A DNA stretch of 63,191 nucleotides, filler included, from Craspedostauros australis (Eukaryota): the NCBI GenBank assembly GCA_030167865.1. It is 12 parts of 12 records of this genome, joined end to end, with 100 filler letters (N's around TTAATTAATTAA, not from the genome) between each part and the next. Parts side by side here need not be neighbours in the genome. Positions count along the whole stretch, not along the records: positions 42,548 to 47,666 come from JALAGF010004313.1; positions 47,767 to 52,885 come from JALAGF010004314.1; positions 52,986 to 57,106 come from JALAGF010004315.1; 9 more parts are not named here. One strand, 5' to 3'. This document shows positions 44,626 to 57,206 of the stretch, piece by piece (the first letter of the stretch is position 1; every line of letters begins with the position of its first letter). Under the pieces are notes generated by a model that was given only the letters and a program-made list of their open reading frames with translations, did no database searches and had not been told where the DNA came from. Made by a program: the position numbers and the translations under genes.

Positions 44626-47217
44626 TCAGTCGAACTTGGACAAGAAGCCTTTTCGGAATGCAATCTCCAATGCGAGAGCTGCAGCACCGAACAGCACGGC
44701 TGATTCTACCCCATTCACAAAGATCTGAGATAGCATTCCCCAGTCCAGGTACTCCAGTGGCTCGCCGCCTGTGTTTAGTGGCCAGCATGGAATGATGAAG
44801 TGGCGGATTTCAGTTGTCGAGGAGCAATGGGCAGCAAAAGTGGTGGCAAGGTGACAGAGATGGGTCAGATGCGCTGGATTGGAGAAAGCGGGGCACAAAC
44901 TCGGATAACTGCCATTGATGACGCTTCATTCCGCACACGTGCAACGCTGTAGCGTGTGTGCACCATACTCACAGCTCAATGGCAACGCGGAGCAGGTTGG
45001 CGATGTCTGGACATTGGCCAGCGTCCGTGTCAGCACGAATGCGCCGATGACACCTTGGTTGAGCATGGGATTGTTATCTCCTTCTCGCACTGCGTATCGA
45101 TAGACCAAGGCGAACAAGGCAGCTTGGACGGCTGACATGTCCGTTGCGAATTCCCATTGCGGCAACCCCCCACTGCCCGTGATGGATAACAGAGCATGGT
45201 GAATGAAGATGATCGGCGTGGCCCCCACAGCGCCACCCACTCCCCCGATGGCGGCCGCCTTGGTGGATTCTATTCGCTGGGCCATATCGAACTGCGAGCC
45301 TTCGTTCTTTTGATTTTTCGTGCCTTTTACATCATCCTCGTCGTCACCACCATCATCATTCTTATTGTTGTTGTTGTTGTTTCCACCGAAGTTGTTGAAA
45401 ACGCCGAATCTGTTGCCTTTTCCAGATGCTTCTGTGGATTCGGTTGCTTCCTTGGTGGCAACGCCACCGAATGGATTGATGTTCATGAGGAACGTCTCGG
45501 CTTGAGCTTGGAATGATTTCATCGGATTCGTGCTCCTCTTGTCACTCGCAGGGCTGGAAGTGCTACCAGCCTTGGGTGGGGGTTCGAAAGAGCGCTCGAA
45601 TCGGTCGCCTTGCCGAGAGGTGACTTCTGCGCCGCTTGCAGTACTGGTAGGTTTGCCACCGGCATTGACACCGGCGACGGTATCCACGCCAACGTTTCGA
45701 GTTGCTGGCGAGGAGTCAAAATCGAGCTCAAATCGGTGAACTTGCGGGTCGCTAGCTTGAGCGCTCTGAGCATTGACATCAACGCCAGCATCAACGTCGG
45801 CAGTTGAAGCCATGCTTGCAACAGGTTGTTGCTGTTGCTGCTGTTCCTTGTCGATATCGGCCTGCACCTGATGGCGCAATTGATCCCGCGACTTGGCGGA
45901 ATATCCCGGCAGCATGAGTCGCTTGAGGGTGTCCTTGACGGCCGCATAGAAGAGCTTCTTCTCCATGAGCTTGGATATGGAGGGATGGTCCTCCGTGAAG
46001 ATATTATTGAAGTATGACTCCCACTGGCGTTGCTGTGGCGCCATTTCCATCTGGACCTGCTGTCGCAGTTCATCTTGCGACATGGAAGAGTATCCAGGGA
46101 TGAGGGCAGTCTTCACAGAGTTCTTGATGTTGGCATAGAAGAGCTTCTTCTCGACCAGCTTGGCCTTGGTGGCTGGGTCATGCTGTTGCTGCGTATACGA
46201 TTGCTGATGTTGCTGGCGTTCGGCCGGCGGATCGTTCGCAATGGGAAGAGCCCTGCCTGTCGCAGGTACGTTCGCTCGTGTCGCTCGTGCTTGCGTTTGT
46301 GCCGTGAGCACCGACAATGGCGATTGGTTGGAGAATGCCGCTGTCGCCATCGTGGGATGCATGTTGGCAATGGATGTCGCATCATCGTCAGAAGTCAGCG
46401 TCGGCAAATTGATGGCGCCGGTTCCGAGCTGAAAGATGCTGCCGTCCACAACGAGCGCTGTGGTGTCGATGACGTCATGAATGAGCTTGTTGAATCGGCC
46501 TTGGGCAGTCGAGAGATCGTCCTGTGGGACACCAACTGCGTTGCCGTTGGGTTGTCGCGTGGCTGATCTGTAGAGATCTCGCGCACTCCCCAAGGATATC
46601 GTGGAACGAACGAGAAAGTCGTTGCTCGTGAGCGCAGCCTGCAGCGGACCCACGTTGCCGCCTCTGCGCGCGTTGTTGTTGGTGATGTTCCGGATCGTGC
46701 GGCGCACTCGTGATGATCTCCCAATGTTGAAACCAAAGTGCGATGCGGGCGGTCTCGGGGTGGATCGCAGCGATGGCAGATTGTTGGCACTGGCGCCAGT
46801 GGCATCGCCGTTCCCCATTACGGCGATTGAGAATGTGGAGAGGTTGTTGGCCGACCACGCGCCCATTCCTCTGCTTCTGGCCGGATCAGAAGCTCGCGTG
46901 CTTGCCCTCAGCATGCTCGCAAAGGTGCCCGGTGCTTTGAGTTGCGACGGCATGTTGCCGGCGGTGGTGGTGGATACGGAACCGGAGGTAGTACGAGGCG
47001 CAGTTGAAGATCCAGATCCATATTTGAAGGCGGACGGGAAGGAAGATGCGGACGCAGAAGCAGAGGCAGGATCAGAATGCATGATCTTGACCTGGAAGGC
47101 ACCATCCTGCGCAGCTTGAACGACCGCTGATGGGCATCCCCATGGCAATCCGAGATCCAAAGCTCCGCAGACGAGGACGGCCGCCAAGGCAATCAATCTT
47201 CTGGTGATGACGCCCAT
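44626..47217 (-). CDS. Membrane protein (~795 aa; exons 47217-44973, 44768-44626): signal peptide, long unique N-terminus, C-terminal multi-TM domain of a cyanobacterial/plant plastid family (At4g24090-like)
   Basis: RIESTKAA, LFALVYRYAVREGDNNPMLNQGVIGAFVLTRTLA, then after a GTGAGT...CAG intron CGEPLEYLDW...ESAVLFGAAALALE. Confidence 0.78.
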
Positions 47218-47766
47218 CGTTGATGCTTCGAAATGCCAGATCGTGATGTGATGATGTCTGATGTAATGTGATGGATGGAGCGTGATGGAATGTGGCACTT
47301 GAGGTTGCGGCTTGTGCTCTGCTCTCAGATGATTTGTGATCAATGTCGACTTCACATACCAAGACCCCGAACCCTTGGGAACTTGGTGGCGGTGGTGCCC
47401 GCACATCACACCACCACCATCCCGCCCTCGATTCTGTTCGGATTCCCATCCGTGACAACGGCAGTGTGAAGCATCTTGTTTCGGTCGCGACTTTTGTGGG
47501 TTTCTGTTGGTCATTTCCACGATGGAGTCGTTGTGAACATTTGTCACGGGAACAATAACCACGGAGTTTGAAATGGGAACCCCCATCACACCCGACTCTC
47601 TGATTGGCCAATCAAGAAAGAGAAGACACCAAGACTTCAATTGCTGACGTGGGGCACGATCTGATCNNNNNNNNNNNNNNNNNNNNNNNNNNNNNNNNNN
47701 NNNNNNNNNNTTAATTAATTAANNNNNNNNNNNNNNNNNNNNNNNNNNNNNNNNNNNNNNNNNNNN

Positions 47767-49378
47767 CAGATTCTGACGGTCTCAGCTCTGCTGCTGATGT
47801 CCTCGATGGTGATGGAATGTGCCGATGCATTCATCGTCAATCCATCCAGGGGCCCTGAATCAGCCACGATGCTGCATGCCAACCAGAACGAATCGGCCGA
47901 CGTCACATCCAGACGTTCGATGCTGCTCTCCACAGCTGCCGGTGCTGTGGGTGCAGCAACCGCCTTGATGGTGTCACCACCTCAACCAGCACACGCCCGC
48001 CTCGAGGCTGTCAACCGTCCCGATCTACTCCCAACAGAGGCAGGTCTCAACGTCATCCAAACGGAGAAGTTCCTCACATCGGGACAGGCCAAGCGACTCG
48101 ATGGCATGCTGACCAATCTGGAACGTGACACCGGCTTTCGTTTGCGTCTGCTCTGTCAGAACTACCCCAACACACCTGGATTGGCCATCCGCGACTACTG
48201 GGATTTGGGCAAGGAAGGGCAGAAGGATGACAAGTACATCGTTCTCGTCGTTGATCAGTTTGGCGGACGTGGTAGGTCCCATCGTTTGCAGAGTGGCGTG
48301 TTGCACCACGTGAGCATCGAAGTGCTTCTTTGAGATCATACTCGTACGCATGGTCTAAGAACGTCCGGGGTACCAACCCATCGATCAAAGCAGGCATGCG
48401 CCTTTGCTCCATTCGGTTTGATGCAACCACGCCTCCAGCTTTCATGCCAGATGTGGCCACCCTCGGTCAGTCCCTTTTTCATTCGTTCTCACCATTCCTC
48501 TCTCATCGCTTCGTACCAAATCCATGTGAATTGCAATGCTGGTGGCGCCCAAAACAACGCTGTATCATAAACGATGGCGGCATCGCACATGCACAATTCA
48601 AATGATGATGCAACCCAACGTATGTACACAGGCAATGTATTGAACTTCAATGTCGGAGACGGTGTGAAGGTAAGGGACAGCGCATGGTGTGCAAAGTTGG
48701 ATGTCGTGTAATGATTTCATTGGCATACCGACGCGAAGGGAGTTTGAGAGTACGCCACCGCTACACCAACATGAGAAGCTCTCCTGCAGGCTGGCCTTCT
48801 GATGATCAGCGCAACCGATCATTCAACCGCAATGTTTCTCACAAATTCATCTTGCCCCTGTTCTTTTCTGACACTTGTTTCTGTTACAAACGTACCTGTA
48901 GTTTGCTTTGCCAAATGTGTTCTGGACTCGGCTTTCGGGAAAGTATGGAACGGTGAGTAACTGCTGAATCATTGTGTTTCCGTTTGCGAGCGAGAGGATG
49001 GGGTGGTCGTTCATCGGCATGCTGATGCATTGCAGGGCGTGTAGATAGTATTTTGGCGTCTCTCTCATGTGTACATGACAGTCACGCCACATGACAGTCA
49101 CGCCACATGACGGTCACGCCATACGAACAGCACTCACTGATATCCTCTGCCTTATTTTTACGCAACTACATGTTCCACTCTTCTCCATGATGTGTTGCTC
49201 GCTCTTGTTGCTGGTCGCTGTTGCTGCCACACAGACATTCTACGTTCGTGACAACGGCATCGACCTGGCCATCACGAACGCTGTGGAAGCAATCGTGTCC
49301 TGCCTGAGATCCGAGGATGGCTTCTGCACCAGCCCACCAGACGAGGCACAGAGTCTGAGAGGGTTGGGATTCAAATGA
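47767..49378 (+). CDS. Thylakoid lumenal TPM-domain protein, duplicate copy
   Basis: Same as 42548-44159. Confidence 0.88.
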
Positions 49379-49844
49379 GTCAAGGTTCGGGATAGCGTTG
49401 ATTTCATTTCTTGGATCATGTGGAGTCAAACCCGACATGACATGCACTCTCGTGTTGTGGAAGCATAGACGCCACAGCAGCAACTGCATGAGGCTAACTC
49501 GATGAATGGCTACTGCTACTGCTATTACAACTACTACAATTCACATCTTTGCCCACCTTAAAGTGTGTCCGGCGAAAGGGCGAAAAGGCAACAGACATTC
49601 TGTCTTCGTTCTTTTTTCATCATGCAGTGTGTATTAGTACTGATACTTATTCTATGAAATGATTGATCTCCGATATTGGACGGTAGGTGGTGGAATGCAC
49701 CGGAGCGCGACGAGTTCCAAGAGTGTCGTGTTCTTGAATTACAACTTGGTCACCATGGAGCTCCTCGAATTGTGTGAGCATTGTACTCGATGACGGCATC
49801 CTTCCGTTGATGTTCACCATTCGACATCAAAATCGACTTCAGCG

Positions 49845-52436
49845 TCAGTCGAACTTGGACAAGAAGCCTTTTCGGAATGCAATCTCCAATGCGAGAGCTG
49901 CAGCACCGAACAGCACGGCTGATTCTACCCCATTCACAAAGATCTGAGATAGCATTCCCCAGTCCAGGTACTCCAGTGGCTCGCCGCCTGTGTTTAGTGG
50001 CCAGCATGGAATGATGAAGTGGCGGATTTCAGTTGTCGAGGAGCAATGGGCAGCAAAAGTGGTGGCAAGGTGACAGAGATGGGTCAGATGCGCTGGATTG
50101 GAGAAAGCGGGGCACAAACTCGGATAACTGCCATTGATGACGCTTCATTCCGCACACGTGCAACGCTGTAGCGTGTGTGCACCATACTCACAGCTCAATG
50201 GCAACGCGGAGCAGGTTGGCGATGTCTGGACATTGGCCAGCGTCCGTGTCAGCACGAATGCGCCGATGACACCTTGGTTGAGCATGGGATTGTTATCTCC
50301 TTCTCGCACTGCGTATCGATAGACCAAGGCGAACAAGGCAGCTTGGACGGCTGACATGTCCGTTGCGAATTCCCATTGCGGCAACCCCCCACTGCCCGTG
50401 ATGGATAACAGAGCATGGTGAATGAAGATGATCGGCGTGGCCCCCACAGCGCCACCCACTCCCCCGATGGCGGCCGCCTTGGTGGATTCTATTCGCTGGG
50501 CCATATCGAACTGCGAGCCTTCGTTCTTTTGATTTTTCGTGCCTTTTACATCATCCTCGTCGTCACCACCATCATCATTCTTATTGTTGTTGTTGTTGTT
50601 TCCACCGAAGTTGTTGAAAACGCCGAATCTGTTGCCTTTTCCAGATGCTTCTGTGGATTCGGTTGCTTCCTTGGTGGCAACGCCACCGAATGGATTGATG
50701 TTCATGAGGAACGTCTCGGCTTGAGCTTGGAATGATTTCATCGGATTCGTGCTCCTCTTGTCACTCGCAGGGCTGGAAGTGCTACCAGCCTTGGGTGGGG
50801 GTTCGAAAGAGCGCTCGAATCGGTCGCCTTGCCGAGAGGTGACTTCTGCGCCGCTTGCAGTACTGGTAGGTTTGCCACCGGCATTGACACCGGCGACGGT
50901 ATCCACGCCAACGTTTCGAGTTGCTGGCGAGGAGTCAAAATCGAGCTCAAATCGGTGAACTTGCGGGTCGCTAGCTTGAGCGCTCTGAGCATTGACATCA
51001 ACGCCAGCATCAACGTCGGCAGTTGAAGCCATGCTTGCAACAGGTTGTTGCTGTTGCTGCTGTTCCTTGTCGATATCGGCCTGCACCTGATGGCGCAATT
51101 GATCCCGCGACTTGGCGGAATATCCCGGCAGCATGAGTCGCTTGAGGGTGTCCTTGACGGCCGCATAGAAGAGCTTCTTCTCCATGAGCTTGGATATGGA
51201 GGGATGGTCCTCCGTGAAGATATTATTGAAGTATGACTCCCACTGGCGTTGCTGTGGCGCCATTTCCATCTGGACCTGCTGTCGCAGTTCATCTTGCGAC
51301 ATGGAAGAGTATCCAGGGATGAGGGCAGTCTTCACAGAGTTCTTGATGTTGGCATAGAAGAGCTTCTTCTCGACCAGCTTGGCCTTGGTGGCTGGGTCAT
51401 GCTGTTGCTGCGTATACGATTGCTGATGTTGCTGGCGTTCGGCCGGCGGATCGTTCGCAATGGGAAGAGCCCTGCCTGTCGCAGGTACGTTCGCTCGTGT
51501 CGCTCGTGCTTGCGTTTGTGCCGTGAGCACCGACAATGGCGATTGGTTGGAGAATGCCGCTGTCGCCATCGTGGGATGCATGTTGGCAATGGATGTCGCA
51601 TCATCGTCAGAAGTCAGCGTCGGCAAATTGATGGCGCCGGTTCCGAGCTGAAAGATGCTGCCGTCCACAACGAGCGCTGTGGTGTCGATGACGTCATGAA
51701 TGAGCTTGTTGAATCGGCCTTGGGCAGTCGAGAGATCGTCCTGTGGGACACCAACTGCGTTGCCGTTGGGTTGTCGCGTGGCTGATCTGTAGAGATCTCG
51801 CGCACTCCCCAAGGATATCGTGGAACGAACGAGAAAGTCGTTGCTCGTGAGCGCAGCCTGCAGCGGACCCACGTTGCCGCCTCTGCGCGCGTTGTTGTTG
51901 GTGATGTTCCGGATCGTGCGGCGCACTCGTGATGATCTCCCAATGTTGAAACCAAAGTGCGATGCGGGCGGTCTCGGGGTGGATCGGAGCGATGGCAGAT
52001 TGTTGGCACTGGCGCCAGTGGCATCGCCGTTCCCCATTACGGCGATTGAGAACGTGGAGAGGTTGTTGGCCGACCACGCGCCCATTCCTCTGCTTCTGGC
52101 CGGATCAGAAGCTCGCGTGCTTGCCCTCAGCATGCTCCCAAAGGTGCCCGGTGCCTTGAGTTGCGACGGCATGTTACCAGCGGCGGTGGTGGATACGGAA
52201 CCGGAGGTAGTACGAGGCGCAGTTGAAGATCCAGACCCGTGTTTGAAGGCGGACGGGAAGGAAGATGCGGACGCAGACGAAGAGGCAGGATCAGAATGCA
52301 TGATCTTGACCTGGAAGGCACCATCCTGCGCAGCTTGAACGACCGCTGATGGGCATCCCCATGGCAATCCGAGATCCAAAGCTCCGCAGACGAGGACGGC
52401 CGCCAAGGCAATCAATCTTCTGGTGATGACGCCCAT
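49845..52436 (-). CDS. At4g24090-like membrane protein, duplicate allele
   Basis: Same as 44626-47217 with four amino-acid differences (A/S, Y/H, T/A, A/G). Confidence 0.77.
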
Positions 52437-52986
52437 CGTTGATGCTTCGAAATGCCAGATCGTGATGTGATGATGTCTGATGTAATGTGATGGATGGAGC
52501 GTGATGGAATGTGGCACTTGAGGTTGCGGCTTGTGCTCTGCTCTCAGATGATTTGTGATCAATGTCGACTTCACATACCAAGACCCCGAACCCTTGGGAA
52601 CTTGGTGGCGGTGGTGCCCGCACATCACACCACCACCATCCCGCCCTCGATTCTGTTCGGATTCCCATCCGTGACAACGGCAGTGTGAAGCATCTTGTTT
52701 CGGTCGCGACTTTTGTGGGTTTCTGTTGGTCATTTCCACGATGGAGTCGTTGTGAACATTTGTCACGGGAACAATAACCACGGAGTTTGAAATGGGAACC
52801 CCCATCACACCCGACTCTCTGATTGGCCAATCAAGAAAGAGAAGACACCAAGACTTCAATTGCTGACGTGGGGCACGATCTGATCNNNNNNNNNNNNNNN
52901 NNNNNNNNNNNNNNNNNNNNNNNNNNNNNTTAATTAATTAANNNNNNNNNNNNNNNNNNNNNNNNNNNNNNNNNNNNNNNNNNNNC

Positions 52987-55900
52987 AGAAAGCTGGCGGA
53001 ATTCTCCCAAAGCTCTCTCGACTTCTCGCGCATCAGTCTCATCGGACGAGAAAAGGAGAAGCGCGTCCTTGACCGTCTATTCCAGCAGATCCTCAAGAAG
53101 CCAACGTCCGCAGCCTCACCACCATCTTCATCTTCATCAGACGAAGAGAGGTCAACGGGTCCGAATGACGAGGAAAGCAACGCAATCTATGCGAGCAATG
53201 CGACCAACCCAGACAATCAAAACGCTCTCGGCCAACATGTGACAGCACAAGCTATCACCGTCCGATCCCTCGTGTCCATCTCCGGATACTCGGGCACTGG
53301 AAAATCGGCCCTGGCCAATACGCTGCAACCGAAGTGCAAGGCGAGCAACGTCTTCTTCGTGTCCGGAAAGTTCGATCTCAAGCAGATGGATGAGCCGTAC
53401 TCCGGCTTCCGAACCGCGATAGCCGATCTCTGCTCACAGATCTGCGCTCTTCCGCGCACCAACTCCGCCGGCGTTATCGTCACCCCCGGCAACTGGCAGA
53501 GTGGAGGACAGGATACCCGAAGCTTCGATGTGATCAGGCAGCGCATCACAGATGGTCTCAACGTCGACGAGCTGCAGGCACTCACCAAGATCATTCCCAA
53601 CCTCGTCGACGTCGTCGGCAGTGATGCCCTATGCCACGCGCACGCGCAAGACAACGACGGCGACGAAAGTACCGTCCTTTCTGCCAGCCAACGTGCGCAA
53701 ACAACGGAAGGCTTCAAGGAGCAGTCCATTCGACTCAAGTTCGCCTTCCGGCGATTCATCAAGATCATCTGCAGTTGCTGTCCCCTCGTGTGGGTATCCG
53801 ACGATGTCCAATGGGCAGACAAGGAATCACTCAACATGATCGAGTCATGGATGCTTGATACCACCATCTCCTCTCTCATGGTCGTCATCTGCTTCCGATC
53901 CAACCTCGTCAACATGGAGGGAGCCAGCAACGGCCGTGCTTCGGACTTGGCTTCAGTAGCCACATCCCACACAGCCGATCTGGTTGGCCAGATGCTGTCA
54001 TCCATTCAGAAGAAGAAGCGCCAGCGCTTCATCCGCTACGTCGATCTCGAGGTCAACAATCTATCTCTGGACAACGTCCATGGAATGGTCAAGCAGCTAT
54101 TGGGGATCTACGCCGATGGCGAGGAAGGTAGCGAGGGCTGCGATAACGGCACTGCTGAGACTGCCAACAGCAGCAGCAGCAGCTACGGACTAGCGGAAAT
54201 TGCGTACAAGAAGACGGATGGAAACGTCTTCTTTGTCCAGCAGTTCATTCGGATGCTCGTCAAGGACACCCAGCTGTCATACGACATCGCATCGATGAAG
54301 TGGGTGTGGGACAACGATCAGATCAAGCGAGAGACTCCAGCAACCATCAACGTGGTGGAGCTGATGGAGCTGAAGCTTCAGCAGATCGATACGGCGCAGT
54401 ACCTGCTGCCGCTAGCCGCTTGTCTTGGATCTACGTTTTCGTGGCTGCTGTTGCGAACGGCGCTGGAGGGATTTGTGGCGAACGATGCAGCGGGCGAGGA
54501 CGGGCATCGTGCATTGTACGAAATGCTGTTTGGTGGGCCACCACCGGCAACCGAGAATGAATGGTTGGGCATCCTGAAGATCTACGAAGAGGAGGGACTC
54601 ATCGAGGCTCACACTACTACTGACAAGGCCCACGCCCACTTAGCCGATGAATCCTCGCTTGCGGCACAGACCTCCACAGCAGCTGCGTATTCGTTCATCC
54701 ACGACAAGGTCCAGGAAGCAGCGCTTGGAATGATCGCATCGAAGGTGCACCTTCTGGAGCTGCAGCACCGCATCGGACTCATCCTGATGGATAGGTTGTC
54801 GCTGGATGACTTCGAGTCGTCGTTGTTCGTGGTGGTGAATCTCCTCAACAGTCGCTTGGACATGGTTCCACTGTACCCATCGTCACTGCAGTCATCAGCA
54901 TCGTTGATGTCAACGGAAGGTACTGATATCACACAAACACGACGTTTCCAGGTTGCGAAGCTCAACTTCGACGCTGGTACCATTGCTGCATCGCATGCAG
55001 CCTTCCGACCGGCTTTCAAGTACTTCCAAAACGCCATCGATATGATGCCAGCTGATCACTGGCGGTCCCAATACGACATGAGCCTCCAACTCTTCTCGTC
55101 AGCCGCAGAGTGTGCTTATGTGAGCAACAGGTTTGACAAGATGAAGAAGTACGGCAATGAGGTGATCAAGCAAACGGACTCTCCATTGATCGACAAGATG
55201 AGGGCGTATCATGTCCTGATGGAGGGAGACCTCGCCATGATTCAGCAAACCAAAGCGAGCGATGTGTTGAATCTGGGCACCGAGTTGATGGCCAAGCTTG
55301 GGTATCGATACCCCAAGAACAGCACCATGAGGCTATTCACAGTCATCACAAAACTCATGAAGCTGAAGGCATCCGCAAAGAAGTGGACGGTTGAGTACTT
55401 GGATTCCATGCAGCCGTCTGAAGATCCCATGGACGAACTCATCAGGAACACCATCAACAGGCATGCGTGGAGTGCAGCGATTTGCGATCCAGGGATACTC
55501 GCTCTGATCACCATCGATTCTGTCAATAGTGCGATGACGACAGGAAGGACCAGCCTCACGCCAATTGCCATTGTAAGCCTAGGTCTGTTGCTCGGCCCCA
55601 TTCTGGGCGATATGGAAGCCGGAGGGCTGTACGCTAACTATGCAATGAAAATGAACGAAACAAACAGCAATTCGGCAGCGGCTCGCGCGACTATGGTCGC
55701 GTACGGCATGGTGATCAACAACCTCATTCCGTATGAAGATTGCAAGCAGCCATTGCTGGATGCCCACCCACAAGGTATGGCTGGTGGCGATACTCAGGTC
55801 GCGATGGGTGCCATCCTCTTCTACCTGGACCTGTGCCTTCTAACTGCGAAGCCATTGGAAGGCTTGGACGCAGACTTTTCCACATACACGAAGGTCTGCG

Positions 55901-56649
55901 AAGACTACAGCCAGCACAAGTCAGCTGAGCAGCTGTCCATTAGATGGCAAATGGTCTTGAATCTAAGAGGGCGCTCCGACCAACAAGCGCTCCTTGTCGG
56001 CGAAGTCTTCAATGAAGCATTGGCCATGGAGCGCATCAAGCAAACCAAGGATGAAGCGCTATGGTCTGGCGTGCTTCAAATTAGACTGTTCACAGCGACA
56101 TACTTCGGTGAGTACGAATATGCTGTCAAGATTGTGCTCGAGATACTTGACAATGGCATAAAGTTTACGCCCGGATACATTTTGTCAACAACCACGAGAT
56201 TCCTTTCCTCTTTGGTTGCAACAATTGTTGGGCACCAAAACAAGCAACTTTCAAGAAGCAAACGCTCCAAGATCAAGCAGCTGGCCCATACATCGCGCAA
56301 AGCTCTTCGCCTTGCTGTGAAGCAGAAGAACCCAAATGCCGTGCATTGTCTCGCCATCCTCGAGGCAGAGAGAGCCGCATGGAAGGCACACAAGAAGAGA
56401 AAGCGAGACAGTGAATTCCGGGCTGCCGTCAAGCTGTACCAAGACGCAATCCGGATTTCTGCACGGACGGGATCCTCCCAAAATCAAGCACTGGCAAACG
56501 AACGGCTGGGCGAGCACATGTTGTTGGAGAGCGACACAGAGGGGGCGGTCTATCATTTCAACGAGGCAGTTCGGCTGTATCAGGAATGGGGTGCCAGTCA
56601 GAAGGCGGCGTTGCTACAAGAGCGCAGTGAATTTATCGGGCGTCCATGA
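52987..56649 (+). CDS. STAND-class AAA ATPase with C-terminal TPR-like helical repeats (>1220 aa, 5'-partial)
   Basis: Open from the contig edge (LDFSRISLIGREKE). Walker A GYSGTGKS, FVSGKFD, Walker B WVSDDVQW, TDGNVFF, YSFIHDKVQEAA, ALANERLG...YQEWGA. Confidence 0.92.
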   Translation, partial: RKLAEFSQSSLDFSRISLIGREKEKRVLDRLFQQILKKPTSAASPPSSSSSDEERSTGPNDEESNAIYASNATNPDNQNALGQHVTAQAITVRSLVSISGYSGTGKSALANTLQPKCKASNVFFVSGKFDLKQMDEPYSGFRTAIADLCSQICALPRTNSAGVIVTPGNWQSGGQDTRSFDVIRQRITDGLNVDELQALTKIIPNLVDVVGSDALCHAHAQDNDGDESTVLSASQRAQTTEGFKEQSIRLKFAFRRFIKIICSCCPLVWVSDDVQWADKESLNMIESWMLDTTISSLMVVICFRSNLVNMEGASNGRASDLASVATSHTADLVGQMLSSIQKKKRQRFIRYVDLEVNNLSLDNVHGMVKQLLGIYADGEEGSEGCDNGTAETANSSSSSYGLAEIAYKKTDGNVFFVQQFIRMLVKDTQLSYDIASMKWVWDNDQIKRETPATINVVELMELKLQQIDTAQYLLPLAACLGSTFSWLLLRTALEGFVANDAAGEDGHRALYEMLFGGPPPATENEWLGILKIYEEEGLIEAHTTTDKAHAHLADESSLAAQTSTAAAYSFIHDKVQEAALGMIASKVHLLELQHRIGLILMDRLSLDDFESSLFVVVNLLNSRLDMVPLYPSSLQSSASLMSTEGTDITQTRRFQVAKLNFDAGTIAASHAAFRPAFKYFQNAIDMMPADHWRSQYDMSLQLFSSAAECAYVSNRFDKMKKYGNEVIKQTDSPLIDKMRAYHVLMEGDLAMIQQTKASDVLNLGTELMAKLGYRYPKNSTMRLFTVITKLMKLKASAKKWTVEYLDSMQPSEDPMDELIRNTINRHAWSAAICDPGILALITIDSVNSAMTTGRTSLTPIAIVSLGLLLGPILGDMEAGGLYANYAMKMNETNSNSAAARATMVAYGMVINNLIPYEDCKQPLLDAHPQGMAGGDTQVAMGAILFYLDLCLLTAKPLEGLDADFSTYTKVCEDYSQHKSAEQLSIRWQMVLNLRGRSDQQALLVGEVFNEALAMERIKQTKDEALWSGVLQIRLFTATYFGEYEYAVKIVLEILDNGIKFTPGYILSTTTRFLSSLVATIVGHQNKQLSRSKRSKIKQLAHTSRKALRLAVKQKNPNAVHCLAILEAERAAWKAHKKRKRDSEFRAAVKLYQDAIRISARTGSSQNQALANERLGEHMLLESDTEGAVYHFNEAVRLYQEWGASQKAALLQERSEFIGRP

Positions 56650-57206
56650 TGCGCCAACGACATCAGCAATAGAGCTAAATCAACACTGATTCTACCATAC
56701 ATACGTAGACAAGTAAATTTGATAGACCGTGAAACCTTCGCATGTCCTCATTCCCGCAAGATCCGAACACGAAGATGCTTGGAAGCTAGAGCGGTTTGGA
56801 AGTTAGAGTCTCCTTCATGCAGCCCTTGGATCTAGGTCTAAGCATCCTATGGAGCTCAGACGACACCCGCACTCTCCTCGGAATCAGATAAAAGGGTCCC
56901 ACGAGTATGACCAACGTCTTTCTCAGACGCAAACAACAGCGCGACCACCCTCACAGACAGCACAGCAGCAAGGAAACAGATAATCCGCGCATCAAGCTCT
57001 GCCAGGTATCAGCTACTACGACCACAGGTTTAAGCCGTCCCATTGGGCTCTATAATAGTGTGTCTAAACTGTTCTATCCGATCACTGTCAAGGTTTATGT
57101 TCAGCGNNNNNNNNNNNNNNNNNNNNNNNNNNNNNNNNNNNNNNNNNNNNTTAATTAATTAANNNNNNNNNNNNNNNNNNNNNNNNNNNNNNNNNNNNNN
57201 NNNNNN

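Larger units (their letters stand above)
47767..52885 (+). repeat. Near-identical duplicate (haplotig) of contig 42548-47666, 5119 bp
   Basis: Same start and end bases, offset 5219. Differences seen only in one ~300-bp cluster. Confidence 0.97.

Noticed and set aside
42548..52885. Tandem segmental duplication
   Set aside because: Identical boundaries and a linker between the copies indicate haplotigs.
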